Assembly (NCBI GenBank): GCA_004376375.1
Contig: SOJX01000023.1
Location: 36,013-100,012, forward strand
Direction of reading: 5' to 3'
Source: Planctomycetota bacterium
GTDB lineage: Bacteria; Planctomycetota; E44-bin39
DNA length: 64,000 nt
The notes under the pieces are model-generated. The model saw only the letters and a list, made by a program, of their open reading frames with translations, searched no databases and was not told the origin of the DNA. Shown here piece by piece: positions 7,207-16,676 of the stretch (the first letter of the stretch is position 1; each line of letters begins with the position of its first letter). Position numbers and translations under genes: made by a program.

Positions 7207-9051
7207 ATGGATGAAAAAAAGCAACAGGATGCGCCGAAAGACCAGGTCGCAATAAGGCGCTCTCAGACACGCCGCGTTAACGCGATTGTCGGCCTAATCA
7301 CCGCGATCGGCGTGGTGGCGCTCCTGTGGTTTACCGTTAGGGTCACCGACGCGACGTTCTTCAAGTCCGGCTACTGGATCAAGGTCCGCTTCGACGAAAT
7401 CATCGGCCTGCAGGAAGGCGACCTCGTGACCTTCTCCGGCATGGTGGTGGGAAAAGTAAAATACATCGATCTCGTGGAAGACAGGGGAAAAACGCGCATC
7501 CAGTTGACCTGCTTTATCGAAGACAAGACACGTAAAAACGTGAAGGGGGAAGAAGAAACCTACCCCATCTACATCCCGGACGATTCCGTTTTCGATATCC
7601 GCTCGTCCAGCCTGCTCGGCGGCGTTACGCTCGTAATCGACCGCGGACAGTCGAAAGTCCCTATTCCTGATACGCGGAATCCTGACAAAATAGAAAAGGA
7701 AGACATTCGAAACGGACTGACTCCAATCTCTCTTGTTAAAGAAATTGAAAGAACCGCGAAATCCGTCGGCGACCTTGCGACGGAAACCAAGCCGTATATA
7801 AAAAACACTCTGCAGAACGTGGAAAACATAACCAGGAATGCCGAGGAATACGTCAAGCGGATGAACGAAGGCCCCGGCCTCCTCCACGGGCTCGCATACG
7901 ACAAGGAAACCTATGTGAAACTACGGTCCACCGTCGATTCGCTCAACAAGTTCGTGGGCAAGCTCGGGGAAAAGACCTCGATAGTCGATAACCTGGACGC
8001 TTCAATCTATAACGTAAAAAAAATCACCGACAACTTTGCCGGCGGCGAAGGGTTTCTCCCCTACCTGATAAGCGACAGATCGAAACCGATGGTCGGCAAG
8101 GTCAATTCAATACTGGACAACGTGAGCATCTTCTCCGCCAGGCTCGCGGCCGACAACAGCTTTATCGCGAGAATACAGGGACCGGAAGGCGAAGCCCTCT
8201 TCCACGATATCAGCGAAATCATAGGGCGTGTGAGGGCCCTCACAAACAACATGGAAAACTCCTCGGTCCACATGCTCCTTTCGGACGAGGGCAAGCTCTA
8301 CGAGGATTTCAAGGATTTCGCGGAGTCGCTGCGGCTTCTGGGACGCCAGGTCACCGGCCGCGGTGTTCCGAAGGACGAGCGTAACTCGATCGCGAGGCTC
8401 CTCACCGACAAGGGCGAACTGTACGACGACGCCATGGTGGGCGTAAAAAGTCTGCGCAAGTTCATGGAGCCGCTTGCGAGGCTTAAAACGAACGTCATCG
8501 TAGGTCATCACTCCTACAACGGTCAGGAACTCGGCGTCACCAGGTTCGGCATCAAGCTGATACCGCGCAGGTCGCGCTACTTCCTCCTCGGCGGCTCCCT
8601 CATGAGCCCGGACAAGAACGGGCCGATAGTCTTCGACGAAGACGATAAGGATAACGGTAAGAGCATTATATTCATAGACCTGCAGGTCGCGCAGCACATC
8701 TGGCTCAACGAAGTCGAGAACAAGCCCGACGACTGGCGCAACGTCATCCTTACCGGCCGCGTTGGCCTTCTCGAAGGCAAGTTCGGCGCGGGCGTCGACC
8801 TCGATTTCTGCAAAAATCTCCGCCTGACAGTCGAGGCGCGCGACTCCCACACCGACCACAAGGACTTCGACGAAAACGTGGAAGGCACGCTCCTGCGCTC
8901 CGAAATTTCATTCAAATTCGCAAAGTACTTCCGCGTCCACGTCGGGGCAGACAACCTTATCGACGACCCAGACTGGTCATTCGGCTTTTCGGTCGAATTT
9001 GAAGACCCCGACATCCGCGCGCTCGTGGCCGTCGCAGGAACCGGGCAATAA
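7207..9051 (+). CDS. mlaD: MCE-domain protein, long MlaD-like with beta-rich C-terminal domain
   Basis: N-terminal TM helix plus MCE domain, a long helical middle, then a C-terminal roughly 170 aa with alternating amphipathic beta-strand patterns (IIFIDLQVAQ, LRLTVEAR, SFGFSVEFE). Start taken at ATG 7207 (MDEKKQQ) rather than the track start at 7165. Confidence 0.8.
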   Translation: MDEKKQQDAPKDQVAIRRSQTRRVNAIVGLITAIGVVALLWFTVRVTDATFFKSGYWIKVRFDEIIGLQEGDLVTFSGMVVGKVKYIDLVEDRGKTRIQLTCFIEDKTRKNVKGEEETYPIYIPDDSVFDIRSSSLLGGVTLVIDRGQSKVPIPDTRNPDKIEKEDIRNGLTPISLVKEIERTAKSVGDLATETKPYIKNTLQNVENITRNAEEYVKRMNEGPGLLHGLAYDKETYVKLRSTVDSLNKFVGKLGEKTSIVDNLDASIYNVKKITDNFAGGEGFLPYLISDRSKPMVGKVNSILDNVSIFSARLAADNSFIARIQGPEGEALFHDISEIIGRVRALTNNMENSSVHMLLSDEGKLYEDFKDFAESLRLLGRQVTGRGVPKDERNSIARLLTDKGELYDDAMVGVKSLRKFMEPLARLKTNVIVGHHSYNGQELGVTRFGIKLIPRRSRYFLLGGSLMSPDKNGPIVFDEDDKDNGKSIIFIDLQVAQHIWLNEVENKPDDWRNVILTGRVGLLEGKFGAGVDLDFCKNLRLTVEARDSHTDHKDFDENVEGTLLRSEISFKFAKYFRVHVGADNLIDDPDWSFGFSVEFEDPDIRALVAVAGTGQ

Positions 9052-9097
9052 AACGCGTCAAACGTCGAACGTCCAACGTCAAACGTAATATTAAATT

Positions 9098-9130
9098 GTA
9101 GGGGCGGGTCTCAGACCCGCCCAATTCTTT
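9098..9130. terminator. GC-rich hairpin between convergent mlaD and lipoprotein genes (putative bidirectional terminator)
   Basis: GGGGCGGGTC-TCA-GACCCGCC stem-loop followed by AATTCTTT. Confidence 0.5.
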
Positions 9131-9145
9131 AACCTTATTCCCTTA

Positions 9146-10189
9146 TCAACTTGTTTCCTTATCCCCTTTTTCGACCGGCGGTTTTTCTTCTTCTTCCGAT
9201 TCGGATTCTTCTTCTACTTTTTCGGGGTCAATACGAAACTCATATAATGCTTTCCTTGCCGCCCGCCTTACACTGCTGTTACTATCTTCAAAATATGCCT
9301 GCTTCAGAGGTTCAATAGCCTTTTTATCACCAGTTGCGCTCAGGCAGTGTGCAGCTTCCCTGCGTACGCCTCCTGCCGGATCGTTCAGTAAAGCATAAAT
9401 TAGAGTCTTCATGTATTTCCTGCGATTCTTCCGGGTATTCTCCCAGAGCATTTCTTCACGCTTTCCAGGGTCTTGTTCATTTTTAAACTCATTCAGCAAC
9501 CTTTCAACTTCATCTTCATATCTTTTCTTCCGGGCTATATCCGTAGCTTCGTCATCTTGTTTAATGTCCAAACCGAACCAGCCACTTAAAAAGTCGGCCA
9601 TTTCAACCAGGCTGAGACCGAGTTCTATTCCTATTCCCACGCTTGCATGGACCGTCAGGTCCAGAAACCTGTCACTGTCTTCTGACCTCCAGTAATCACC
9701 TACCGTTCCCCATAAATCAGTGCTTACATCCAATCCGAGTATACCGCAATTACGCACTACCCATTTTCCATCCCAATCGACAATTTCAACACCGCTGGAG
9801 AACGGAAGGCAACATATTATTACCGTACCCTCAATCACTTCACCTAAGCCATCAAAGCTTGGAGTGTTGGTCGTTGTTGGAAAAGCACTGCTCTTCTCAA
9901 GTGCAAGGGAAGGACCCACTATATTAATAACAGGCAAGCCCAGGACAATAACTTTCTCGTCAACAAAATCGCGGCCAATAAACCCGATTCTTCGCTCCCA
10001 ACTCGCGCCGGCGGAGACATAAAACACGAGGCCCGATGTTCCAGCCGAAACGCCGTACCCATATCCGGCCTTTACCGTAAACATATCCACAAAATCCAGA
10101 CCGCGGTCTTTCAAATATGTCCCCAGCGACGCGCAGCCGGAAAAGGAAACAACAAACAGGAGGAGTAATGGAAAGATAAATCGTAACAT
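9146..10189 (-). CDS. lipoprotein with C-terminal HEAT (PBS-lyase-like) repeats and acidic tail
   Basis: Signal peptide with lipobox FSGC at the chosen ATG (10189). HEAT-like repeats (DPAGGVRREAAHCLSATGD, NSSVRRAARKAL). The track ORF extends upstream through a REP palindrome, so the shorter start is preferred. Confidence 0.6.
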   Translation of the reverse strand: MLRFIFPLLLLFVVSFSGCASLGTYLKDRGLDFVDMFTVKAGYGYGVSAGTSGLVFYVSAGASWERRIGFIGRDFVDEKVIVLGLPVINIVGPSLALEKSSAFPTTTNTPSFDGLGEVIEGTVIICCLPFSSGVEIVDWDGKWVVRNCGILGLDVSTDLWGTVGDYWRSEDSDRFLDLTVHASVGIGIELGLSLVEMADFLSGWFGLDIKQDDEATDIARKKRYEDEVERLLNEFKNEQDPGKREEMLWENTRKNRRKYMKTLIYALLNDPAGGVRREAAHCLSATGDKKAIEPLKQAYFEDSNSSVRRAARKALYEFRIDPEKVEEESESEEEEKPPVEKGDKETS

Positions 10190-10207
10190 TCTGCTACTCA
10201 TAAGGAT

Positions 10208-10271
10208 GTTAGCCGCGCCGCTTGCGGCGCGCGGTTTTCGGCACACCCGCCGCGCAAGCGCGGCGGCTAAC
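10208..10271. repeat. inverted pair of REP-like 29-bp elements upstream of the HEAT lipoprotein gene
   Basis: GTTAGCCGCGCCGCTTGCGGCGCGCGG ... CCGCCGCGCAAGCGCGGCGGCTAAC. Confidence 0.8.
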
Positions 10272-10441
10272 ACTGATTTCAATCAGATTACTTACATTCT
10301 ATGGCCGAATAACAATATTGCAATAAGAACATTCAACCGCCTGTCTTCCGAACCTCTTAACTTCTGAACTTCAACACTTCAGCACTTCAGCACTTCTTAA
10401 CCCCGGCACCCCAGCACCCCAGCACTCCTCCAAATTTCCCC

Positions 10442-10470
10442 TTGACAACAACAATCCATAACAGTATTAT
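10442..10470 (+). promoter_or_regulatory. sigma-70-like promoter upstream of nusA (TTGACA-17-TATTAT)
   Basis: TTGACA at 10442-10447, 17-nt spacer, TATTAT at 10465-10470. A GC-stem hairpin (GCGGGG...CCCCGC) lies in the leader. Confidence 0.5.
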
Positions 10471-10610
10471 AGGAATGTTTGGTAGACACTATAGCGCGTA
10501 TCTGTCAAATAGTGGGTCATGTCCCACTTTTTTATTTGTGCGGGGAAACCAGAGACCCGAAAAGATACAACCCCGCGCGAATGAAGCCGTTAGTGAATTA
10601 CAGGTAGAAT

Positions 10611-12029
10611 ATGAACCAGGATTTACTGCGCCTTGTGGATGTTATTCACAGGGACAAGAACATCGAGAAAGACATCATCTTCAGCGGCATCGAGGCGTGC
10701 CTGCTCTCGGCCGCGCGCAAGAACCTGGGCACCACTGACGATGTCGAAGTAACGATCGACCATGAAAGCGGCGATATCGTTATAACATGTAACGGAACGC
10801 CGCTTGACCCGAAAATGCTGGGCCGAATATCCGCGCTAACCGGCAAGCAGGTCCTCATCCAAAAGATAAAGGAAGCGGAGTCTAACACCATTTTCGAGGA
10901 CTATTCCGTAAAGCTCGGACAGGTCGTTACCGCGCAGGTGCAGCGCTTCGAGGGGCCGAACGTCATTGTAAACCTCGGCAAGACCGAGGGCTTTCTGCCC
11001 CGCAGACAGCAGATTCCGGGCGAAACGTACCAGCCGGGCGAGCGCCTCAAGCTCTTCATCACCGAGGTCAAGAAATCGGGCCAGAGGGTGAAGATAATGC
11101 TTTCGAGGGCGCACGCCGATTTCATACGCGCCCTCTTCGAGATCGAGGTGCCCGAGATAGCCGAGGCGATTATCGAGATCAAATCACTCGCCCGCGAGCC
11201 CGGCTACCGCACAAAGATAGCCGTACGCTCCCTCGACCCGAAGGTTGACTGCGTCGGCGCGTGCGTCGGCGTCCGCGGCGCGAGGATTCGCAGCATCGTC
11301 GACGAGCTCAACGGAGAGAAAATCGACATCATCAAGTGGAGCGATTCGCCGGAAGTGCTCATCATGAACTCTCTCAAGCCGGCGGAGATCGATGCCATTA
11401 CGCTCGACTACGAAAACGGCCGGGCACAGGTTATCGTCGACGAAAGCCAGCTCTCGCTCGCCATCGGGCGGCGCGGGCAGAACGTGCGGCTGGCCGCGAA
11501 ACTTTCCGGCTGGGAGCTCGACATCGTCAGCCCCGATAAAATCGCGGCCGGAGAAGCAATCGACATCGGCCTCATCGACGAGGAAGACCTTAAGAAAAAA
11601 CCGAACAAAAAACTCACGGCCGAGCAGGTCTTCGGCCCGGATAACGACGAGACGCAGGAAACGGACGCGGCGAAAGAGAAAGCTGAAGATACCGAGGCCG
11701 CAACCGAAGACGCGCCCGAAACTGAGGAAGATACCAAGGCGGAAACCGAAGACGCGCCCGGGACTGAGGAAGATACCAAGGCGGAAACCGAAGACGCGCC
11801 CGGGACTGAAGATGATTCAGAACCGGATTCGGCAGAGGATTCCGGTGAGTCGGAAGTAAAATCCGAGACGGACGACCTCGCGCAGTGCGCGGAAAAAGCC
11901 GTTTCGGACGCTGAAGAAGCGGTTCCCGACGACGAAGCGGATGAGACACCGCAGTCGGAAGAACCTGAAAAGGAAACAATTGACGCTCAACCAGAGAGCG
12001 TAACGGACGACGGCGATGAGACGACCTGA
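10611..12029 (+). CDS. nusA: transcription termination/antitermination factor NusA
   Basis: Full-length NusA with S1 and KH regions and an acidic C-terminal tail encoded by a tandem 48-bp DNA repeat (11700-11815). Confidence 0.95.
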   Translation: MNQDLLRLVDVIHRDKNIEKDIIFSGIEACLLSAARKNLGTTDDVEVTIDHESGDIVITCNGTPLDPKMLGRISALTGKQVLIQKIKEAESNTIFEDYSVKLGQVVTAQVQRFEGPNVIVNLGKTEGFLPRRQQIPGETYQPGERLKLFITEVKKSGQRVKIMLSRAHADFIRALFEIEVPEIAEAIIEIKSLAREPGYRTKIAVRSLDPKVDCVGACVGVRGARIRSIVDELNGEKIDIIKWSDSPEVLIMNSLKPAEIDAITLDYENGRAQVIVDESQLSLAIGRRGQNVRLAAKLSGWELDIVSPDKIAAGEAIDIGLIDEEDLKKKPNKKLTAEQVFGPDNDETQETDAAKEKAEDTEAATEDAPETEEDTKAETEDAPGTEEDTKAETEDAPGTEDDSEPDSAEDSGESEVKSETDDLAQCAEKAVSDAEEAVPDDEADETPQSEEPEKETIDAQPESVTDDGDETT

Positions 12030-12123
12030 TCATCTCATTGCCGATACATAAGCACCGGCGCCCCTATTAAAGTGGAGGCGCGCGGCGCTTCCACCGAATG
12101 AATGCTGAAAGGGGCTCCGGAGA

Positions 12124-14760
12124 ATGCGGGTTCGCGAGTTCGCCAAAGAATTCAACGTCACGCCGAAAGAGATCATCGCGCTTCTCGAAGCTGACGGTAT
12201 TACCGGCAAAGTTCCGGCAAGCTCGATGCCGGAAGATTCCATAAAACCCATTCGCGAGAAGGTCACCTCACCCGATTACGCCCCCCTCGTAGAACCCAGG
12301 AAAAGCCGCTCGCGTTCCAGGAAAGCAAAAAAGCCCGAAGGCCCCGCCACCCTGGAGCTATTCGACGAGGACGAGCCGCCGCCTCCTCCGCCGCCCAAAC
12401 CGAAAAAGAAAAAACCGAAAAAAGAAAAGAAAAAACCCGCCGCTGCGGCGACGGCGGTTGCTGAAGCGCCGCCCGGTAAGAAAACAGTAAGTGCCGAGCC
12501 GGGGAAAGCAGCGGCTGCGGCAGGAACAGTCGAAGCGCCGCCCGGGGAAGCGGCGGCTGAAGCCGCAAAAGCTGACGTTGCGACCGTAAAGAAAGTTGAG
12601 AAACAAAAGAAGAAAACCAAAAAGAAACCGAAGACCGTCGAGCGGGACCTGATGCCCGAGCGCGTTATTCCGACGATAGTTTTTCGCCCGCCCAGGCCCG
12701 AGAAACCGGTTGAAGAAAAACCGAAGCGCAAGAAAAAGGACAAGGCCATAGATAAAAGCGCTGAAAAGATAGAAACGCACCGGGTCGCCCGCATCCCGGA
12801 TTTCAAGCAGGGACCGCGGGAAAGCACGGAAAAAACCTCAGCGCCCGCAAAGGGGCGCCGGCGCGAACGCGAGCGCTTCTCCCGCGCACAGATTGCCGAC
12901 CGGCACGACCGGGGCCGTGGCCCGAGGCGAAGACAGAAGTTCGTGATGAAGAGAAGCGCGCCCGTTATCGAATTCAAGCGGCCCGAAGAACTTGAAATAT
13001 CTCTCCCGCTTACGCTGAAAGACCTCTGCCCCAAGATCGGCATCAAGGCGAACGAGATAATACGCGACTACATGATGCAGGGCATGTTCATGACAATCAA
13101 CGACTATCTCGACGAGCTTCAAGTTCTCGAGATAGGCGAGAAATACGGCGTCGACATAAACATTACCAAGGCCCGTGACGAAGAAGACGCGCTTGCCGAG
13201 TACCTGAAAAGCTTTACACGCGACCCGGCAAACAAAATTCCCCGCAACCCCATCATCACGCTGCTCGGTCACGTCGACCACGGCAAGACAACCCTGCTCG
13301 AACGCTTTCTCGACGTCACAGGCCTGGCAGCCGCGGAGGCCGGCGGGATTACGCAGCACATCTCCGCTTTTTATCTTGAACACAGCGAGGGCGATATCAC
13401 ATTCGTCGACACGCCCGGTCACGCCGCTTTCTCGGAAATGCGCGCCCGAGGCGCAAACGTTACCGACCTCGTCGTGCTCGTGGTCGCCGTGGACGACGGC
13501 GTCATGGAGCAAACCAAGGAAGCCATCGCGCACGCGAGAGAAGCCAATGTCCCGATAATAGTCGCGCTCAACAAGGTAGATAAGGCGAATGCAAACGTCA
13601 TGCGCACAAAGCAGCAGCTCGCCGGTCTCGGTCTTTCTCCGCCGGACTGGGGCGGCAATACGGAAATGATAGAAGTCTCGGCTTTGAAGGGGGGGGACGA
13701 AATCAAGACTTTGCTTGAGACTATCGTGCTTGAAACACAGATCATGGAGCTCACAGCCGACCCGACAATCCCCGCGGTCGGCACCGTGCTCGATGCGCAC
13801 CTCGACAGCGAGGTCGGCGTCGTGGCGTCCGTGCTGATAAGCGAGGGAACACTCCACCGCAGCGACATCGCGCTTGCCGGACCGGGTTTCGGAAAGGTCC
13901 GCGCAATGATGGACGTAGGCGGGAAGCCGATTGAGGAAGCAGGACCTTCAATGCCCGCGCGGATGCTCGGACTTTCGGCCGTGCCGTCCGCCGGCGATCG
14001 TCTTAATGTCTGCCCCAACCTCGAAACCGCGAAAAGGACTGCCGAAAACAGGCAAAAGCGGGCGCGCGAAAGCCAGCTGGCCAAGCGCAAGAGGCATATA
14101 ACGCTGGAAGGCCTTTTCGGCGCCATCGAGGCCGGTAAAATCGAGGAACTCAACCTCGTCCTCAAGGCGGACGTCCAGGGCTCGCTCGAGGTGCTCACAA
14201 AAGAGTTCAGCGAGTTGTCCACCGATGAAGTCCGCGTGCGGATAATTCATTCCGGCGTCGGCGGCATCAACCATGCCGACGTCGCGCTCGCCGATGCCTC
14301 GAACGCAATCGTAATCGGCTTCCACGTCGTGCCGGACGACGCGGCCCGCGGCTACTCGGAAGAGCACGGCGTTGAAATGCGTCTTTACCAGGTCATCTAC
14401 CACGCGACGAGCGAACTGAAAGACGCTCTCGAAGGCCTGCTCAAACCGGAAATAGAGGAGGTCGTGGCCGGCCACATCGAAATCCGCCAGGTCTTCCAAG
14501 CCTCTAAAATCGGAAACATCGCCGGCTGCTACGTCAAGGACGGCAAGGTCGCGCGCAACCACCGCGTCCGCCTCATCCGCGACTCGGTGATAATCTACGA
14601 CGGTGAAATCCAGACGCTCAGGCGCTTCAAGGATGACGTGAAAGAAGTGCAGACCGGCTACGAGTGCGGCCTGAAAATAAAGAACTACGACGACATCAAA
14701 ACCAACGACATCATCGAAAGCTATTATACACGCGAAATCGCCCGCACGATCGAAGTCTAA
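12124..14760 (+). CDS. infB: translation initiation factor IF-2
   Basis: G-domain motifs GHVDHGKTTLL, DTPGH and NKVD. Low-complexity Pro/Lys-rich N-terminal region. Confidence 0.95.
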   Translation: MRVREFAKEFNVTPKEIIALLEADGITGKVPASSMPEDSIKPIREKVTSPDYAPLVEPRKSRSRSRKAKKPEGPATLELFDEDEPPPPPPPKPKKKKPKKEKKKPAAAATAVAEAPPGKKTVSAEPGKAAAAAGTVEAPPGEAAAEAAKADVATVKKVEKQKKKTKKKPKTVERDLMPERVIPTIVFRPPRPEKPVEEKPKRKKKDKAIDKSAEKIETHRVARIPDFKQGPRESTEKTSAPAKGRRRERERFSRAQIADRHDRGRGPRRRQKFVMKRSAPVIEFKRPEELEISLPLTLKDLCPKIGIKANEIIRDYMMQGMFMTINDYLDELQVLEIGEKYGVDINITKARDEEDALAEYLKSFTRDPANKIPRNPIITLLGHVDHGKTTLLERFLDVTGLAAAEAGGITQHISAFYLEHSEGDITFVDTPGHAAFSEMRARGANVTDLVVLVVAVDDGVMEQTKEAIAHAREANVPIIVALNKVDKANANVMRTKQQLAGLGLSPPDWGGNTEMIEVSALKGGDEIKTLLETIVLETQIMELTADPTIPAVGTVLDAHLDSEVGVVASVLISEGTLHRSDIALAGPGFGKVRAMMDVGGKPIEEAGPSMPARMLGLSAVPSAGDRLNVCPNLETAKRTAENRQKRARESQLAKRKRHITLEGLFGAIEAGKIEELNLVLKADVQGSLEVLTKEFSELSTDEVRVRIIHSGVGGINHADVALADASNAIVIGFHVVPDDAARGYSEEHGVEMRLYQVIYHATSELKDALEGLLKPEIEEVVAGHIEIRQVFQASKIGNIAGCYVKDGKVARNHRVRLIRDSVIIYDGEIQTLRRFKDDVKEVQTGYECGLKIKNYDDIKTNDIIESYYTREIARTIEV

Positions 14761-14866
14761 AGAAGTACCAAGTACCGAGTACCGGGTACCGAGTGAAGAA
14801 TACCGTGATTATATTCTACTCGATACTCGGTACTCGGTACTTGGTACTTGGTACTTGGTACTTCTT
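14761..14866. repeat. about 100-nt imperfect hairpin built from GGTACTC/GAGTACC heptamer arrays, between infB and the DUF503 gene
   Basis: Left arm GAAGTACCAAGTACCGAGTACCGGGTACCGAGTGAAGAATA. Right arm TATTCTACTCGATACTCGGTACTCGGTACTTGGTACTTGGTACTTGGTACTTC. The right arm overlaps the DUF503 RBS and start. Confidence 0.85.
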
Positions 14867-14867
14867 C

Positions 14868-15149
14868 ATGATACACGGCACCGTCGTTCTGAAATTTTCA
14901 ATCGCTGAGGCCCGCAGCCTCAAGGACAAGCGCCGGGTCCTCAAAAGCATAAAGGACCGCCTGCGCAACAAATTCAACGTTTCGGTCGCCGAGATCGACG
15001 CGCAGGAAATATACCAGAGCGCCGTGCTCGCCGTGGCGATGGTCGGGTCCGACAAGCGGTACGTCGAGGGCGCGCTCTCAAAGGTCGTGAATTTCGTACG
15101 CCTCGCAAAGGGCGCAAGCCTTCTCGACTACGAAACGGAAATCTTCTGA
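14868..15149 (+). CDS. DUF503 family protein (YlxP-like)
   Basis: 93 aa, in the conserved position between infB and rbfA. Start at ATG 14868 lies inside the right arm of a long GGTACTC-repeat hairpin. The track ORF from 14664 runs through the hairpin. Confidence 0.75.
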   Translation: MIHGTVVLKFSIAEARSLKDKRRVLKSIKDRLRNKFNVSVAEIDAQEIYQSAVLAVAMVGSDKRYVEGALSKVVNFVRLAKGASLLDYETEIF

Positions 15150-15234
15150 AGAGGTCGTCCGGTCCTTCGGTCATGTATTTTTATTAAATACTCTTGACCG
15201 ATTGACCGAAGGACCGAGTGACCGAAGGACCATT
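15141..15234. repeat. imperfect hairpin built from GGTCCTTCGGTC/GACCGAAGGACC arrays between the DUF503 gene and rbfA
   Basis: GGTCGTCCGGTCCTTCGGTCA ... TGACCGATTGACCGAAGGACCGAGTGACCGAAGGACC. Confidence 0.8.
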
Positions 15235-15237
15235 CCC

Positions 15238-15621
15238 ATGCGCATCCGCCAGAAAAAAGTCGCCGAGTCGATAAAAAAAGCCGTCGCCGATATTTTCTTG
15301 CGCGACCTGAACGACCCGAGGATACGCCTGGCCACCGTAAACCGCGTGGAGATCAGCGGCGACCTCCAGAACGCAAAGGTATTCGTCTCCATCCTCGGCG
15401 AACCCGCCGAGCAGAGGACCGTGTTCAGAGGCATCGAGTCCGCCAGCGGCTTCATAAGAAACGAGCTGGCGAACAGGGTCTCGCTCCGGTTCGTGCCCAA
15501 CCTGAACTTCATACTCGACCACTCGACCGAGAAGGCCATGGAAATCACTAACCTGATTGACGAGATCTCGGCCGAACGCAGGGAACGCGAAGGCGAAGAT
15601 GAAGATAAGGATGAAGTGTGA
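15238..15621 (+). CDS. rbfA: ribosome-binding factor A
   Basis: RbfA core (KVAESIKKAVADIF...VNRVEISGDLQNAKVFVS). Start at ATG 15238. Acidic tail. Confidence 0.9.
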   Translation: MRIRQKKVAESIKKAVADIFLRDLNDPRIRLATVNRVEISGDLQNAKVFVSILGEPAEQRTVFRGIESASGFIRNELANRVSLRFVPNLNFILDHSTEKAMEITNLIDEISAERREREGEDEDKDEV

Positions 15622-15708
15622 AGTATGAAGGATGAAAAGAAGAATATATTATTAATAATATAATAATTAGCCGCCGAGCTTGCTCGGCGTGTCTTTTGGG
15701 TTAAAATA

Positions 15709-16500
15709 ATGGGCAAACCTTCCTCAAATAACGAAGCAGGTTCCAACGCATCAGCCGCTCCGATTGTGGAGATATTTTCTTCAATCCAGGGCGAAGGCCT
15801 GCGGGCGGGTGAGCGCCACTGCTTCGTCCGGCTCGCCGGATGCAATCGCGCCTGCGCATACTGCGACACTCCCCTGGGTCGTTCGGTTCCGGAAAACGCG
15901 CGGATCGAGCAATACGCAACCAGGCGGGATTTCGAGGAATCCAAAAACCCTCTCACCGCGCAGAACGTACGGAACGCCTGCATGAACCTCGATCTTCCGC
16001 CCGGCTTCCACCATGCCGCAGCCGTCACGGGAGGCGAGCCTCTCCTCCACCCGGATTTCCTCGGCGAACTGCTGCCGCTCCTCAAACAGAACGGCTGGAC
16101 CACGCTGCTCGAAACCAACGGCACGCTGCCCGATGAATTGGCAAGTATTATCGATTCTGTTGACGTCGTATCGATGGATATGAAACTCGAAAGCGCGACG
16201 GAAGAGCCGGCCGGTTTCGATCTCCACGAAAGCTTTCTTGAAATCGCGGCGCAGACGGACGTTTATGTAAAACTGGTTGTAGTAGAAAAAACAACAGAGG
16301 CAGAGCTTGCCGCGGCCGGTAAAATTGTTGCCGGGGTGAATAAGGCGATACCGCTGATTATCCAGCCGTGCACGAAGCCGGACGGCCGCTCTTTCGCCGT
16401 TTCACAGGACAGCCTTGAAAACTTTGCAGCAATATGCCGAAAATACCTCGGCCGGGTTGAAATAATTCCCCAACTCCACCGCCTGCACCGGATTCCGTAA
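15709..16500 (+). CDS. queE: 7-carboxy-7-deazaguanine synthase QueE (radical SAM)
   Basis: CNRACAYCDT cluster motif and overall QueE-like layout. Confidence 0.8.
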   Translation: MGKPSSNNEAGSNASAAPIVEIFSSIQGEGLRAGERHCFVRLAGCNRACAYCDTPLGRSVPENARIEQYATRRDFEESKNPLTAQNVRNACMNLDLPPGFHHAAAVTGGEPLLHPDFLGELLPLLKQNGWTTLLETNGTLPDELASIIDSVDVVSMDMKLESATEEPAGFDLHESFLEIAAQTDVYVKLVVVEKTTEAELAAAGKIVAGVNKAIPLIIQPCTKPDGRSFAVSQDSLENFAAICRKYLGRVEIIPQLHRLHRIP

Positions 16501-16560
16501 GTTTCATAACGCCATGTGCCGTTTACAGTTATCCACAGCATCGGCAGCCGCGTTTTTGTA

Positions 16561-16589
16561 TTGACACTACATACCCCCTTTGCTAGAAT
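16561..16589 (+). promoter_or_regulatory. sigma-70-like promoter upstream of the acyl-CoA dehydrogenase and decarboxylase operon (TTGACA-17-TAGAAT)
   Basis: Consensus -35 and good -10 with 17-nt spacing. Followed by the AGTCGTTAGTG hairpin in the 5-prime UTR. Confidence 0.5.
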
Positions 16590-16591
16590 CC

Positions 16592-16665
16592 GCGCCTGTT
16601 CTCAGTAGTTAGTCGTTAGTGATTAATAATATAGACTAACGACTAACCACTAACCACTAACAACC
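16592..16665. repeat. hairpin of AGTTAGTCGTTAGTG / CACTAACGACTAACC arrays in the 5-prime UTR of the acyl-CoA dehydrogenase gene
   Basis: Inverted arms around an AT-rich loop (TTAATAATATAG). Confidence 0.75.
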
Positions 16666-16676
16666 AGGAGACTGGC

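Noticed and set aside
15622-15708. Possible preQ1 riboswitch upstream of queE
   Set aside because: The spacer consists of AGTATGAAGG repeats, an AT palindrome and a GCCGCCGAGCTTGCTCGGCG hairpin. It does not match the preQ1-I or preQ1-II conserved cores.
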